A stretch of DNA of 64,000 nucleotides from Camelus ferus (lineage: Eukaryota), in the NCBI RefSeq assembly GCF_009834535.1, contig NC_045697.1, positions 20,090,001 to 20,154,000 on the forward strand, in the 5' to 3' direction. Shown one piece after another: positions 39,290 through 51,794 of the stretch (position 1 is its first letter; each line of letters starts with the position of its first letter). The translations under genes and the position numbers were made by a program. The notes beneath the pieces were generated by a model. The model worked only from the letters and a program-made list of their open reading frames with translations. It did no database searches and had not been told where the DNA came from.

Positions 39290-40070
39290 TGCAGTTGTAC
39301 ATTCCTCTAATGCACCTTCCACTTGCTGCCATGGAAGTCTTTCAGAAATACAAGTTTAATCATTTTATTGCCAATTTAAAATAATTCAGTATCACTCATA
39401 AGCCCTCACTCTTCAACCCATGGTATAAGTGTGTGTGTGTGTGTGTGTGTGTAAAATCAGGCTCATGTCTATTTCTCCACTTCCGTTAAACACCACTTTC
39501 TACTCACTTGAAGTTCTCAGTGCCATGTTGTTTCCTATATGTTTTATTTTAACTTCAGGAAGCATAACCCCTACTTTCTAAAGGCTTACCCCTTCTTTGC
39601 CACCAGTAGCTTAGGAAACAAGCTAGAATATTTTTCTTACCTTTCAAATTTTACTTCAAAAGTCCAGTTATTTATTTCAGTATATTGAATACCTTCCTTC
39701 TGCAAGATTAAATTATTCAAACCAACACTTGTGACACTGCTGCGCTTTATAAACTTTTATATCATAGTATCTCTAGTATTTGATTGCATTTATTTATCTT
39801 TATTGTTTAGCTCCCTCTTCAAAAGCAGTGACTCTCAAGAGTAGACAGTAATGGAAGAAGATGTATACTAGTGGGAGGTGATAGACGTGCGGGGGGACAT
39901 CACACTCCAAGATTTGCTTTTCTTTCCTGGTTGTTGTTTGCCCCTGGAGTGAAATCTTAACTTGAGCCAAGGACATGGTCTCTTTTATCTGTTTGTAACC
40001 ACTTCTCAACAAAGTGTCTGGCAACCTAAACTTCACAATAAATACTTATTGCATAAATGAATGGATGCTT
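39290..40070 (+). mobile_element. Fragmented L2
   Basis: 'ccacttgctgccatggaagtctttcagaaatacaagtttaatcat' ... 'aaggacatggtctcttttatctgtttgtaacc...caataaatacttattgcataaatgaatggatg'. Confidence 0.65.
39429..39452. repeat. (GT)12 microsatellite
   Basis: Read directly. Confidence 0.95.
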
Positions 40071-40504
40071 TCTCATGAGAAGGTTACAGATATCCTGAGT
40101 GTGTGCAAATGTTTGGTTTTTTTCTCCTTTTCTTTTGCTAAAATTTTAAGTTATGTTAAGTTTGAAGTGGAAGAAGGGCCTTGTTATACTGCATTTGGTA
40201 CGTCTGCGTGTTATATGTTGTAGATTTGTAGACCCATAGAGTCTGAACACTGAAAGAGTGGCGTCTTGCCTGTTTTACTTATCTTTGTATCGCCCAACTT
40301 TTATCAGTGTCATGTAGGTAGTCAGTAAATAATTGTTGACTAAATGACTGCATTTGTTGATATATAGTTGGATGGGAAAGAATTGATGTTTTAAAATCTC
40401 CCTCTGTTTTGATCAGTTGCTCTAGGAATAGAGATAACATTCATCCTTGGAAAGGCAGCTTCCATTATTAAAAAGAAACAAACAAAAGAAAGCATACATA
40501 TGTG

Positions 40505-40551
40505 CATACACACACGCCCACACACACACACACACACACATATGCACACAC
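40505..40551. repeat. Imperfect (CA)n microsatellite
   Basis: Read directly. Confidence 0.9.
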
Positions 40552-40979
40552 TCAGATATCTCTTTCCAATATACAGAGGTAAAGCCCAGGGTCTAGGTTT
40601 TATAGTCAGGGTAGAAGAGCTAAATTTTGCTCTGCATATTGAAGTAAGATTATTGCTTTTGTGTCATAACCAAGATTGTGAATTCGGTGGAATTTTGCTC
40701 ATCTTTATATAGCACTTAGCATAATGTTGGCATTTGATGCTTGTTCCATAAATCTTAGATGTCTTTAACTAAATGTATTGTTTTGAACTGATTTTGGGCC
40801 CAACAAACAGCAATGTTGATCCCTTGTATATATTGAAGTTTATATTTGCATTACCATATAATTTTTTTAAAAAAAGTAACACTTTGCTATATCAGACCAT
40901 AAAGATTTACACAATTGCAGAAAGTGTTTACTTAAAACCAAAAGAATTTTTATATCTGGATTGAAATTGTTTGGAAAAC

Positions 40980-41150
40980 GAATAGCAATAGCCTCCTGTT
41001 AATTCCTGAGTGCCAAACATGACCATAAACAGTTTATAAACATCATTACATTTCATATTAAAAGTCACTGTTACTCCTATTTTACAGATAAGGAAATTGA
41101 GGCTCGCAGAGTGTATGAGATGAGCACGAGATAGCAGCCCTAGGAGATTT
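40980..41150 (-). mobile_element. MIR SINE fragment
   Basis: Core 'cctattttacagataaggaaattgaggctcgcagag'. Confidence 0.8.
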
Positions 41151-42207
41151 CCCTGATTTAATGTGATACTGCTAGATTGATAATATCTTGCAGTGCTGGG
41201 CTGAAAATAAAAGTACAAATTTAGTGCTTGGGGATGAAGGCATTCTCTCCTCTGGTATTGAACATGTGCAATGTCTGTTCTAATTTTGATGTGAAGGGGA
41301 AAATGGTGCAGCAGACAGAATTTTTAAATTATTACTTGATTTTTTTGTGTGTTTGACGGAATATTTGTATTGAATTCTGAATAATAAAAAGCCCATAATT
41401 GTGTACTATATGCATTTTGCATTTCTATAGGGCAGTTGCTTCTTCATAATCAAATATGAAGGAAATGTTTCAGAAATTTTGATCACTGTTCTTTTGCCAA
41501 TTAGTCATGGCCCAACAGATGTTTTCAAAATGATAAAACTGGCTTCATCAACCTCATTAACAGTAGTATTTGAGAAATTACTTGCCTTTAATATATCTAA
41601 GGCGAGAGCACAGCTAATTGCTGTATTATGCAAAATTCTAGGCACTACCAAAATCCTATCAGCTTTAGGAAAACAGTGCAGTACACCCAGAACACTGTCC
41701 AGGCATTTTTTAAGGCAAACTTTGCTCTTGGTTTTTTGCAATATTTAACATGAAGCATGTGATTTTTCCCCTCAAACAACTAAATAACGTCTTTATCAAA
41801 TTCTCTCTCTCTCTATTCCTCTCTCTTTCTTTCGCTGAATCCCTCTCCATCTCTCACATCTTCGTCTGGAAGTTACGCGGTCATTAGGGAATAAATGCAG
41901 GCCATATTTCATGTCTTGTCTATTCATACACATACATTCTAAGAGTTACAGAATACCACTTAGCACACTTATCCTGGCTGGTTGAAATTAGAGCCCTGCA
42001 GTCGGTCTTAATGAATGATAATGTTAATTCTGATAAGAGCTTAATCATTTATTAAGCATATTAATGTTAAGAGTTTTAGTTCTTTTTAAGTCAGTACAAC
42101 CGTGTAAGTAAAGTAACGCTGTCTGCCAAAACAAAATACAATCTCCACTTGGACAGGGTACCTAATCAATGGCAGAGTATATGACCACGTCAGCTCCACC
42201 TGCTGTT

Positions 42208-42345
42208 TTTCATTCATTCATTCATCCATTCATTTATTCACAGTGAACATATCATTGAAGACCTACTGTGGGCCAGGTACCATTCTAGGTTTGGGAGAAA
42301 GAGCAGAGACAGAAGCAGATGAAGTCTTTGCCCTGGAGTTTATAC
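42208..42345 (-). mobile_element. L2 3' end with (TTCA)n tail
   Basis: 'ttcattcattcattcatccattcatttattcacagtgaacatatcattgaagacctactgtgggccaggtaccattctagg'. Confidence 0.85.
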
Positions 42346-42927
42346 CCTCTTCTTTGGCAGTAACAGAAATAGGAAGAAACCCATCTCATCCCCTGCTTCT
42401 GTCATTTATCCTTATCCCGCAGCTCTTCTTCTCCCTGAATTAAAACAGACCTCAGCAGGCATTCTTGTTACTTCAATCATCTTAAATTGCACCTTAGCTT
42501 ACCATGGAAGTTGGAACATGGTTGCAGCCAAGACAGATGAGCCACAGAAGAGCCTGTTTGCGTCTCAGTAGGCCACGTGCTCGTGTAGACGTGTGTAGAG
42601 CATGCATCTTGTGATCTCTAAGTATCTTCCGTCAGACTGAGTATTTTGAACCCAGACTGCTCTTGTGCTGAGTACTGAGTCAGTAGCTTCCCAAGGGGGA
42701 TCATACAACAGAAGGCTTTTTCATGGTCCGCTGTTAACAATCAAATGTATCAGCAAATCGATTAGCTAGAAATTGACGTTACACACTGAATAAAGTGCAA
42801 CTAATTTAACCAGCTCCACGTGTGTCTTCTTCTGTTTGTTTGCTGCAGTTACCTAGCTAAAAGAGAAAGATGTGGACTGAATAATCCTGATGGTTAAATC
42901 AGTTGTGTCTTTAACACATACCTAGAT

Positions 42928-43150
42928 AAATGGTTTTTAACTGGGGGCTGCTTTGTTCCCAGGGGAAGCTGGGCAATGTCTGGGAACATTTGTTTTGCTT
43001 GTCACAACTGGGCAGATGCTACTGGCATCCAGTGGGTAGAGTCCAGGACGGCTGCTGTTTACTCTACAACACATAGAGCAGCCTGCCCACTCCCCACCAA
43101 GAAAATTATCAGCCCCAAAATGTCAGTAACTTTAAGGTTGAGATACCCTG
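42928..43150 (+). mobile_element. MER20 (hAT-Charlie non-autonomous transposon)
   Basis: 'ggcaatgtctgggaacatttg...tgtcacaactggg...tgctactggcatccagtgggtagagtccagga...gccccaaaatgtcagtaactttaaggttgagataccctg' spans the full MER20. Confidence 0.93.
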
Positions 43151-43215
43151 ATCTGGTTGGGGTGTGAGGGAAAGTCAAAGTTTTCATTTCTGATATAATG
43201 CCACTCATTTGTCAA

Positions 43216-43399
43216 TAGAGTTGCCAGATTTAGGAAATTGACTCTATTGCCAATAGAGTTGCCAGTGAAATTTGTATTTCAGGTAAAGAATTGGTTTATA
43301 GCTGTGGTACATGCAGTTTGAAATATACTTGTACTAAAATAGTATTAGTTGTTTATCTGAAGTTAAAGTGTAACTGTATGTCCTGTGTTTTATCTTGCA
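43216..43399. mobile_element. MER53 palindromic hAT MITE with a rearranged left arm
   Basis: 'tagagttgccagatttagg', 'aaatttgtatttcaggtaaa' and 'atacttgtactaaaatagtattagttgtttatctgaagttaaagtgtaactgtatgtcctgtgttttatcttgca' match MER53 arms. Confidence 0.85.
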
Positions 43400-46300
43400 C
43401 ACGTATTTGTGGAGTAGTCCACATTGACAGACGTTGGCCCTTGTATGTAATGGTGCAGACCTTGTCGTATGATTTGTCCATTAATGCTGCACTTACACCT
43501 CTCAGTCACATGCATTTGCCTCACCTAGACGTAACACAACCTGAAGTACAGTTTTGGATCAAAAACAGTCAGTGACAGGGAAGCTGGCCAGTTGGAATTA
43601 GCAAAATTAAAGAGAAAATTAGTAAAATTAGCAAAAAAAAATTTTAGGATGAAGCAGTGTCTCTAAAATATCCAGATAATTTTTTGTTGGAAATAAGTAA
43701 TAGTTCCATGAATTATGATAAACTCCATTATAAGGGAGCTTATACTTTACTAAATCTGCATGGTCTTGGTGAGTAATATCACAGTGGAATAGCCCTTCTC
43801 TGATAGTTATCATATAAAGATGTGATAGATGATTCGTATTAATTGAAACCTCAAGACCACATTAGAATCCTGGAGGAGCTGTTGCCAGCACTCATTTTAC
43901 GAGCCAGTGGAACCACACTTTCTGGTTGTAGGTTGCTGTCATAAGACATCCTTTTCTCCTTTCATTATTGCAACAGAATTCTTTGGACTCCTGGGAATTT
44001 AGTTATTTGTACAAATAATTAATGGATAAATCTATAGTGAATGCACACACCCAGTCTGACCTGGCCCTCTGGTAAGTTCCTGTGTCCTTCCTTCAGTTTC
44101 TGGAAGAATCAGTTTTATGGATGCCCCATTTTATTACACAATGAAGTGTTTCCTTGCGATTGATGGCTTGAGCCTCCTGGTGATGGTCCTTGCCTGAGTT
44201 TCAATTATCCAGGGTTTATGCTGTGGTGAGTTGGGTGCAAGGACCAGATGCTGGTACTGGATTTGTAGCACTAGGGGTAGAGTTGGGGAAGCCACTCACT
44301 GCCCATGTGCCCAACATTCTGCCTGAAAATAGACCCTCTGCCTCCTGGAATATAGCCACTCCTACACGTACGGCTTTGTCTTGCCATCACCTTCATGCCA
44401 CAGACTTCCTTCGTCAAAGAAGTCTAAGTATTAGCGATTTACTGTTTCGTTCTTTGGATTTGCTCTTATTAAACTGTAAGATCCTTGAAGGCAAGGATAA
44501 GATTTAACTGTGCTGTGCCTGTATCATATGAGTCAGTTAATATATCTTTTTAAAAAGGCGTAATGCAATAGAGGTAGGTCTTGAATAATTGGAAAAGTTC
44601 AGATAGTAGAGACCAGTGAAATAAGTGTTCATAATAGCCAAATATATAAGTTGGTTTTAACTATATTTAAAATGGTGTGGAAAATAATCTGATTAGAAAT
44701 CAAGCAAATGGTAAAAACTTGAGGGAGGAAAAAATTAATTAGGAAACATGGGGCCATATTTTACAGGGTTTTGATTGTCAGAAAGAGGGTTCAGTGTGGT
44801 GGGGCAATAGAAAGCCAAGATAGTTACTGGGCAGAGAAGCCACCTGATACAAGGGGGCTTTAGGAAAAGCAATCATTGGTCTTGAAGTGAGATAAGGAAA
44901 GAGTTGGGAAATATCATCATAGAACACCCACATACCATTTATTATTCATGAAGAGAGCATATTATAAGATCTGAAATGCACGAAATTTTCTTATTCTTCA
45001 GTATTAAATTCTAATGTTTCCATCATTCTTTCATAAAACTACAATTCTATGAAGTTGACTGAAATTTTACAAAGAATATAAAATCGGCATAAAATAGAAT
45101 ATACTTCTGATTAATAAATCTTCAAAGATAAATCAGAAGACCTAGGACATAGTTATTTAAGGTCTTGAAATGCTTCGAAGTTCTCTAAATTATCAAGTAT
45201 GCAGCTACCCAGTATTTTTTGATTTATGCTCAATTTTTCAAAAAGATGAATTTTTTGCTTCATGGTTAAGAAAAGATAAATGACTATGCATTTCCTAATG
45301 ATGCCTATTAAAATTAGGCTTCAATGATGTCAGATAAAAGTCTCCTTTCATTTTTAGCAAACAGGCAGATCTGAGATGAAGAGTTTATTAAAGTTTAAGT
45401 GTCAAGGCAATTGCATAACTGTTTATTTTAGTTAGCATAATATTTTGTTGCACAATTAGCACTATCAATTTATACCATCTCTGGATAATTTGAATTTTTT
45501 TCTCTTCAAATGTACACTCCCGCTCATTTAATGTGACTGCCCCACATGCACGTGTCTATAACGAGTGTTCAAAACATTTCTCTCAAGGCTTGCACTATGC
45601 TCTTTGCTCAGCACACTTAGGCAATTTTACAGCTTGATTGGGTAGTGGTGAATTTCCTGATTATAATCTCAAACCTCTGAAGTTTTCTCTTGAGTTTGAC
45701 CAATGAAGAACACCATTTGCATCTTCTGTCCTTTATCTTCCTGACTACGTTTACTTCCCTTGAATGCCATTGTCAAATCATGATCCAAGACCCCTTCCCA
45801 TATCCTTTTCCTCAGAATACATTTCTCATTTTTATCCCCCTCACTTCTATAGCTCTGTGTCTGAATATTTATGACACTATTTATGCAAGTTGGATTTATA
45901 TTATTAACAATTTATAAATACTTTATTTACTCACTTAGGAATCCCTGTGATGTAGAGGAGGAAGGGATGTAGCAGTGGGGAGACATACACTATTGGTCTT
46001 TAATTAATCACAGTGTCTTAGACATCTACCTTGAACATCCTGAGCTATCAATGAATTAAATAAAATGTCTGAAAGTCAGTTTTAAGAATTTTGTTTGGAA
46101 AAAAAAACAATATTGATTTTGACAGAAGAAATCCTGATACAGATACGAATTCAAGAAATATTGTATGTGGTGAACAGCCAAAGATCAAAGTATAATCTCT
46201 GTCACTTGATTTCTGACCTTGAAAAAGTTCCTTTGGGGGTACAAGATACTGACACAGGATCCAGCAAATCTTTGTTATTTTCCATCTGGATACGTATGTG

Positions 46301-46680
46301 ATTTTGAAAATGACTACCCGTAGATATGAGTTTTGCCATTTAAACAATTAGAAAAATAGTATCATCTAGTTTTCCTTTCTTCGTGGGGCCAGTGAGAGCG
46401 CCAAGCCAAAATGAGTAGAACTACAAGGTACTATAAAAATCAAACTCCTCGCGCGTGCTTCTTTCTATTTCATGATCTACTATGTTGCCTTAATAAATAC
46501 TCTCCTCTTGCCTTATGCAAATTTTAATAAGGTTAGTAAAACAATAGTTTTAGAGTGTTTTATAATTTGTAAATCATGTTTGTGTATATTAACTCAACTC
46601 TCATAAGTAGACTTGGAAGATCAGCTATATCTACAATACTACTAAAATGGACTATAAAACAAAAATTTTAAAGCTATGCT

Positions 46681-46702
46681 TGTGTGTGTGTGTGTGTGTG
46701 TG
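46681..46702. repeat. (TG)11 microsatellite
   Basis: Read directly. Confidence 0.95.
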
Positions 46703-47599
46703 AAAGACAGAGAGATGTATCTTCTTCTTTTTGCCTTAGAAAATTTATATGGTCGCTTATTTTTAGTTTTGTTTTCCTTCATAATCCTTAAATATAGTGC
46801 AAACCGTGGAAGCATAATATCTAAGTAGAAAATACTTACCATATGGTTTCTATTTCAGGCAAAAAGAAATAGAATAAATAGAAAGATTCAGTACCTCAGC
46901 ATAAGAGCCGCTGGTCGTCATCATAGTTAAGAAATTATTGAGAAACACTTACTGGACATCTATTGTGTTTGAGTAACTGGAAGATCACATATGTGTGAAA
47001 CAAAACCTCAACACTGCTCTTGAATATCTTCAGAAAGTGGCACGTTTGTACAAGTACGTCCTTTAAATAATGCTTATGTTAATCTTGTTCAAAGCTGCAG
47101 AATAATTCCAAATCTGTAGGCCTATTCCGTGTGACCTAACATAAACTCAATGAAGAAATTATGCCATTTGGTTAATCATACTTATAAAGTAAGGTTTTTA
47201 AAGCCTGAAAGTCTTGCAACTGGTTAAAGGGATTTTTTTTCTGTTTTCCAATATAGTATTGCTAATGGTGCTTTGACCAAGGTTTTATACAGCACAAACG
47301 ATGTTCTTTATTTAGCAGAGCTGATCACTTGCTGTATCAAATCCTTAATTTCTGCAACATTTGATGCTCTTTTCCAACGTACTTTGCAAATCAGTTCTTT
47401 AAATTCTCATTCCCTGGCTTCTAGGCTCATTGCAAACGTGAGTCATGTCTTCTTTATAATTATTCTGGTATTTTTCATACTTTTATCCCCAGCCTAGAAG
47501 TATTTATTTTCCAGAACTTCTCTCTTTTTAATTTCGTCTAATCATATTCTGAATCTATTCCTACAGTTTAATTTACTTTCTCTGAATATATATTATCAG

Positions 47600-48450
47600 A
47601 TTTTATGATCTAAATTCTCTCTTAAAGTTTAGATTTGTAATTTCAACTTCTTGACATCACTGCAAAGATGCCTCAAGATAACCTTTATCTGAATGATCAA
47701 ATATATTATTTCTACCTCAAAACTATCACCCCATTTTTCTTCTTGATTTCTGTTAATTATACAAGCATTACTCTAGAGATCGTCAACATTTCAAATAAAC
47801 TCTCAACATCAACATAGGACTTTTCTCTCATGTTGTGAAAACTGATTCAATTATATAGATTCTGCCTCCATGCTGAATCATGCATTTATTCATTCTTTCG
47901 TTAATTTTCTCATCCATTCATCAATCCAGCAAATATGTCTCCTTTTTTTCCAATTTAACTCAATCTCATTAACAATATTCTGAGACAGTCTTCTAGCCAG
48001 TCTCTGTTTCTGCTTTCTGTCACCATTTGAAACTGCCCTACACTTACAAAACAAACACACACACTGATTGATATCCTGAAGTATACACAACTATTGTTAT
48101 CCTGAAGTATAAAACATGGCTCTGATGATATTGCTCTCTAATTAACAAACTTAATGACTTCTTGATACTGCCCAGCTTAAACCTTACATTGGCAACTCCA
48201 TAACGTTAAGAAAATTTATCTCACCACGTTTTTCAGGGTGCCTGTATGTATGATCTATATTCAAACAAAACTGGATCGTCCACTGTTTCCTGAACACTGT
48301 GAATCTGTGGTCATATTAGTCCTCTTCCTAGTTTATCACCACCACTCATCTGCATCTGTCAAGTCTTTCCCTTAACTCAGTGCTATCTCTTTTCCATAGA
48401 AAGTCCAGTAAATCTTAATTTTTCTCTTTCTCTCTGAATTTATCATAATT
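47600..48450 (+). mobile_element. Degraded L2
   Basis: 'tttcaacttcttgacatcactgcaaagatgcctcaagataacc', 'tagattctgcctcc' and 'caaacaaaactggatcgtccactgtttcctgaacac'. Confidence 0.6.
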
Positions 48451-48942
48451 TAGGATTTTCAAACTGAAATTCAGGGAGCTGAGAGTTTCCTCAGAGGTGC
48501 TGCGGAAATTGTCTTGGAGGTCCAGTAAGAGGGTTAGTGGGTATAGGTTCAAATTTGAAAACCCAGACTCCAACCAAACTCATTATATTTTTATTTCATG
48601 TAGTGTATTTCTGCCTGACATTTATTTTGAAGACAAGTGTTTCTTGTTTTCATCTCTTGAAAGACGCAGATGTTATGTAAGTTTTATGTACTCATTTAGC
48701 ATGAATCCATTTATACTGTAAGTTTGTTAAGAGCAAAGATTGTGTTGTACTCACTTTTGCTCCTACACTCTCCCTTAACTTCAAACAGAGCCGCTAAGAA
48801 GTAAGAGAACGAAGTGCTAAATTAATCTGGCTATTTTTCAGTGAGTATGCTTGGTGGGAAAAGCTTATGTCTGAGTATGGATCATGATCTATCTAGGAGA
48901 GCTGAATTGAATCAAAAGACCTTTGTTATTAACAGGGAGGGA

Positions 48943-49203
48943 GTTCAGCACAGCAGTGGTTTACAGGACGGCCTCCAGAGACACCCTGGTTTCAAATCCT
49001 GTCTCTGCCACTTAAAAGCTCAGTGATAAGTAAAGTTTTCCGTTATCTCCCTGCGTCTCAATTTCCTCTTCTGGAAAACTATGGAAGATAATAAAAGTAC
49101 CTCCTTCATATTCTTGATGCAAAGAATAAGTGATTTAAAATACATAAATCTCTTGGAGCAGTGTCTTATCTTGTACATGGTAAGAAGTATATGTGTTAGT
49201 TAC
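48943..49203 (+). mobile_element. Near full-length MIR
   Basis: 'cagcacagcagtggtttacaggac...cctggtttcaaatcctgtctctgccactt...tctcaatttcctcttctggaaaactatggaagataataaaagtacctcc'. Confidence 0.88.
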
Positions 49204-49721
49204 TTTCATTTTAGTATATATTTATATAGTGTATTTTATATTTATTTACTGGTGTATATATGTTGTCTTTATCTGCCCAATATTGAGTTCTTTTTCACGC
49301 TTGAAGGAGTTTTGCCTGATAAGGACCCAAAAGTCACTTTAATACAAAGAAGCAAATGACTCTGTATTTACACATTGTGCTCAGGCAGGCATGTAACGTA
49401 AGTGTAACCAATTAGATGAGCTGTCCCAATGCTTTGACATGGGAGCTAATGATGCAAACAGTAAGGAGAGTGTAGAATCTTTTTGGATGGATGGTGGTAC
49501 CAATGACAGAAGTCCTTGCATATCATATTCGGGGAAGATTGGTAGCGGCAGGGAGGAGTGCAGTGGCCAGGTGTTACTAGCCTCAGATGTTGTCAGTTCA
49601 TTCCAGCTGTGGTTGGGAGAGCCTAGCCACCATTTCTTCTCTATCTTTTTCATAGCCAGTTTCTCCAGTCATCCCAATGATTGTAGGAACCACCAAATGT
49701 CTACTTAAATAGTATATACAT

Positions 49722-50175
49722 GACAGCTTTATTGAGATACAATTCACATACCATGCAATTCACTTGTTTAAAATACACAATTCAGTGTTTTTTTGGTATA
49801 TTCAGAGTTGTGAATATATCAAAAATTACCACATCAATTTTAGAATATTTTTATCACCCTCCAAATCAATCTTGTACCTAATAGCAGTAATTCCTCCCCC
49901 GACCCTAACACCTCCAGTCATAGGCAACCACTAATCTACTTTCTGTCTCTATAGGTTTGTCTATTCTGGATATTTCATATAAATGGAAACATACAATATG
50001 TGATATTTTATGACTTGCTTCTTTCATTTAGCGTAATGTCTTCAAAGTTCATCCACGTTGTAACAAATATCGTTAATTCTTTTTTTTTTTTTTTGCAAAA
50101 TAATATCCCATTTTAAGAATGCGTATTTTCTTTTCTATTTATCAGCTAATAGACATTTGGGCTGTGCTCGCTTTT
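49722..50175 (-). mobile_element. L1MB-type 3' end
   Basis: 'acagctttattgagatacaattcacataccatgcaattcac...taggcaaccactaatctactttctgtctctataggtttgtctattctggatatttcatataaatgga'. Confidence 0.9.
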
Positions 50176-50179
50176 GTTT

Positions 50180-50706
50180 TTGAGACCAGTCTTTGAGATT
50201 TATTCCGACTCCAGGGGTGCTCTTCTCAGCTGAGCCTTCCTGCTTTTCTGGTTCCAGTGTTCTAGACCTGGGTCGCGTAAAGCCCCCACCTTATACCTTC
50301 CCATCCCCTGCCCTCTCAGAGGCGCTCCCCTATACTGAGATGGAGGGGCATGAGAAACGTGGGGGTACTGCGGCTTTCAAGTCATGGTAGCCCTTGGGTG
50401 GGAGCTGGAGGAAAAGAAAGTCTCCATCTTCTTAGCAACACATACCGAGAGCCCAGAGCCCAGAGCAGTGCTTCCATACTCCTGAGCTGTTGTGGGGGAG
50501 GGGAGGCGGCAAGGGTGGGGAGGCAGGGAGGTCTGTCCTCAACTGCTACAGACTTTTGCTATTCTTACTGAGATTTAGTTTCTTCATCTATTAGATGCCC
50601 TTAGGACCATTTATAGATATTTTAATTTTTTCATGATTTTCTCCATTAGTGGCTATTTCACTGGGCAACGGTTTTGCAGAACTCTTCACTCTCCATCCTG
50701 AAGTCA
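50180..50706 (-). mobile_element. GC-rich L1M 5' UTR-like segment
   Basis: Ends 'gaactcttcactctccatcctgaagtc' and contains 'ctattcttactgagatttag...tgcccttaggaccattt', resembling antisense L1M 5' termini. Confidence 0.55.
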
Positions 50707-50770
50707 CACCTGGAGTTAATGCTCCATCAGTAACTCCCCTTTCTAGTTATTATAACCCAAATTTAGTTTC

Positions 50771-50801
<31 letters not shown>

Positions 50802-51794
50802 GTTCTTAGAGCACTGGCTACTGTCATGTTGAAGCTCTGCCATCAGGTACCTAGACAGCAAGCCCTGCTGTGGGAGTGGACAGTGTTCCTCACTCTCATT
50901 AAATGTGAAAGTGAGACTTAAATGAAAGTAGAGAATATAACGAAATTCCATCCTGGACTTTCAAGATTTAAGCTATTCTTTGTGCCTTCTTCAATAGAAT
51001 GGTTTATACTTCCAAATATGGATACAATGAAAAAATATTCCTCTTAGCCCTCTCTTTTACTCTGCAAGTGAATTTTTAAGTTATCTATATTAAGTTGCAT
51101 TGCAACTCTTTGATGAGGTCAAAATTCAAATGGGATCTTATTTCAGTTTTAACATAGAAATATACTTGCTTGTAATTGAAGTATTTTCAGTTAACCTGCA
51201 TTTAAAATTTTCAAATCTCTATTTATATATCAGTCCTTAAGTCTGGAAAATATTATGTAAAATATTTCAAAGGATATTAGACATAAAATGCAATAATACG
51301 AGTGTGTATTTATTCCTAATTACAACTCTCATTCTTTACAATGCCAGCTTTTTCTAAAGAGAACCTTTAGGGTAAGGTGCTTGGAAAGTGTTTGCTTATT
51401 ACAAAACTCAAACTTAATTGTGAGAAGATTTTGAAATAATCTATATTTTCTTCTGGGGAAGTTATCTTGCAATGTGAATCCACACCCATTCTGAACAATG
51501 GATCCAGCAGACTGTGAATCTAAAAGGCAGATGCATCTGTTAATGCCCGTGGTAGCTAGACACCCCAGCCCCTTGTCTGAGGGCTCAATCACCACCCGTT
51601 TCTAATGATTAGCTGATGATGTGATAGAGTAAAAAGTCACGAGTCTGAAGCCCCACATCTTAGATTAGTGTGTTCTAGTTATTTCTGTGTTGCACTTTTT
51701 TGCTAATAAACTATAAGCTTTTTGTGGGCAGAGGCCATGATTTATTTGATTTCTTGCTTCTTGATATGCACCATAGGTCTTTTTGTCCCCAGGT

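Noticed and set aside
43300..43345. miR-1302-family microRNA from MER53
   Set aside because: The seed-equivalent bases are altered and the left arm is rearranged, so the hairpin is poor.
48072..48111. 14-bp direct repeat tatcctgaagtata as a TSD of a hidden element
   Set aside because: Only 12 bp lie between the copies; a local duplication within L2 is simpler.
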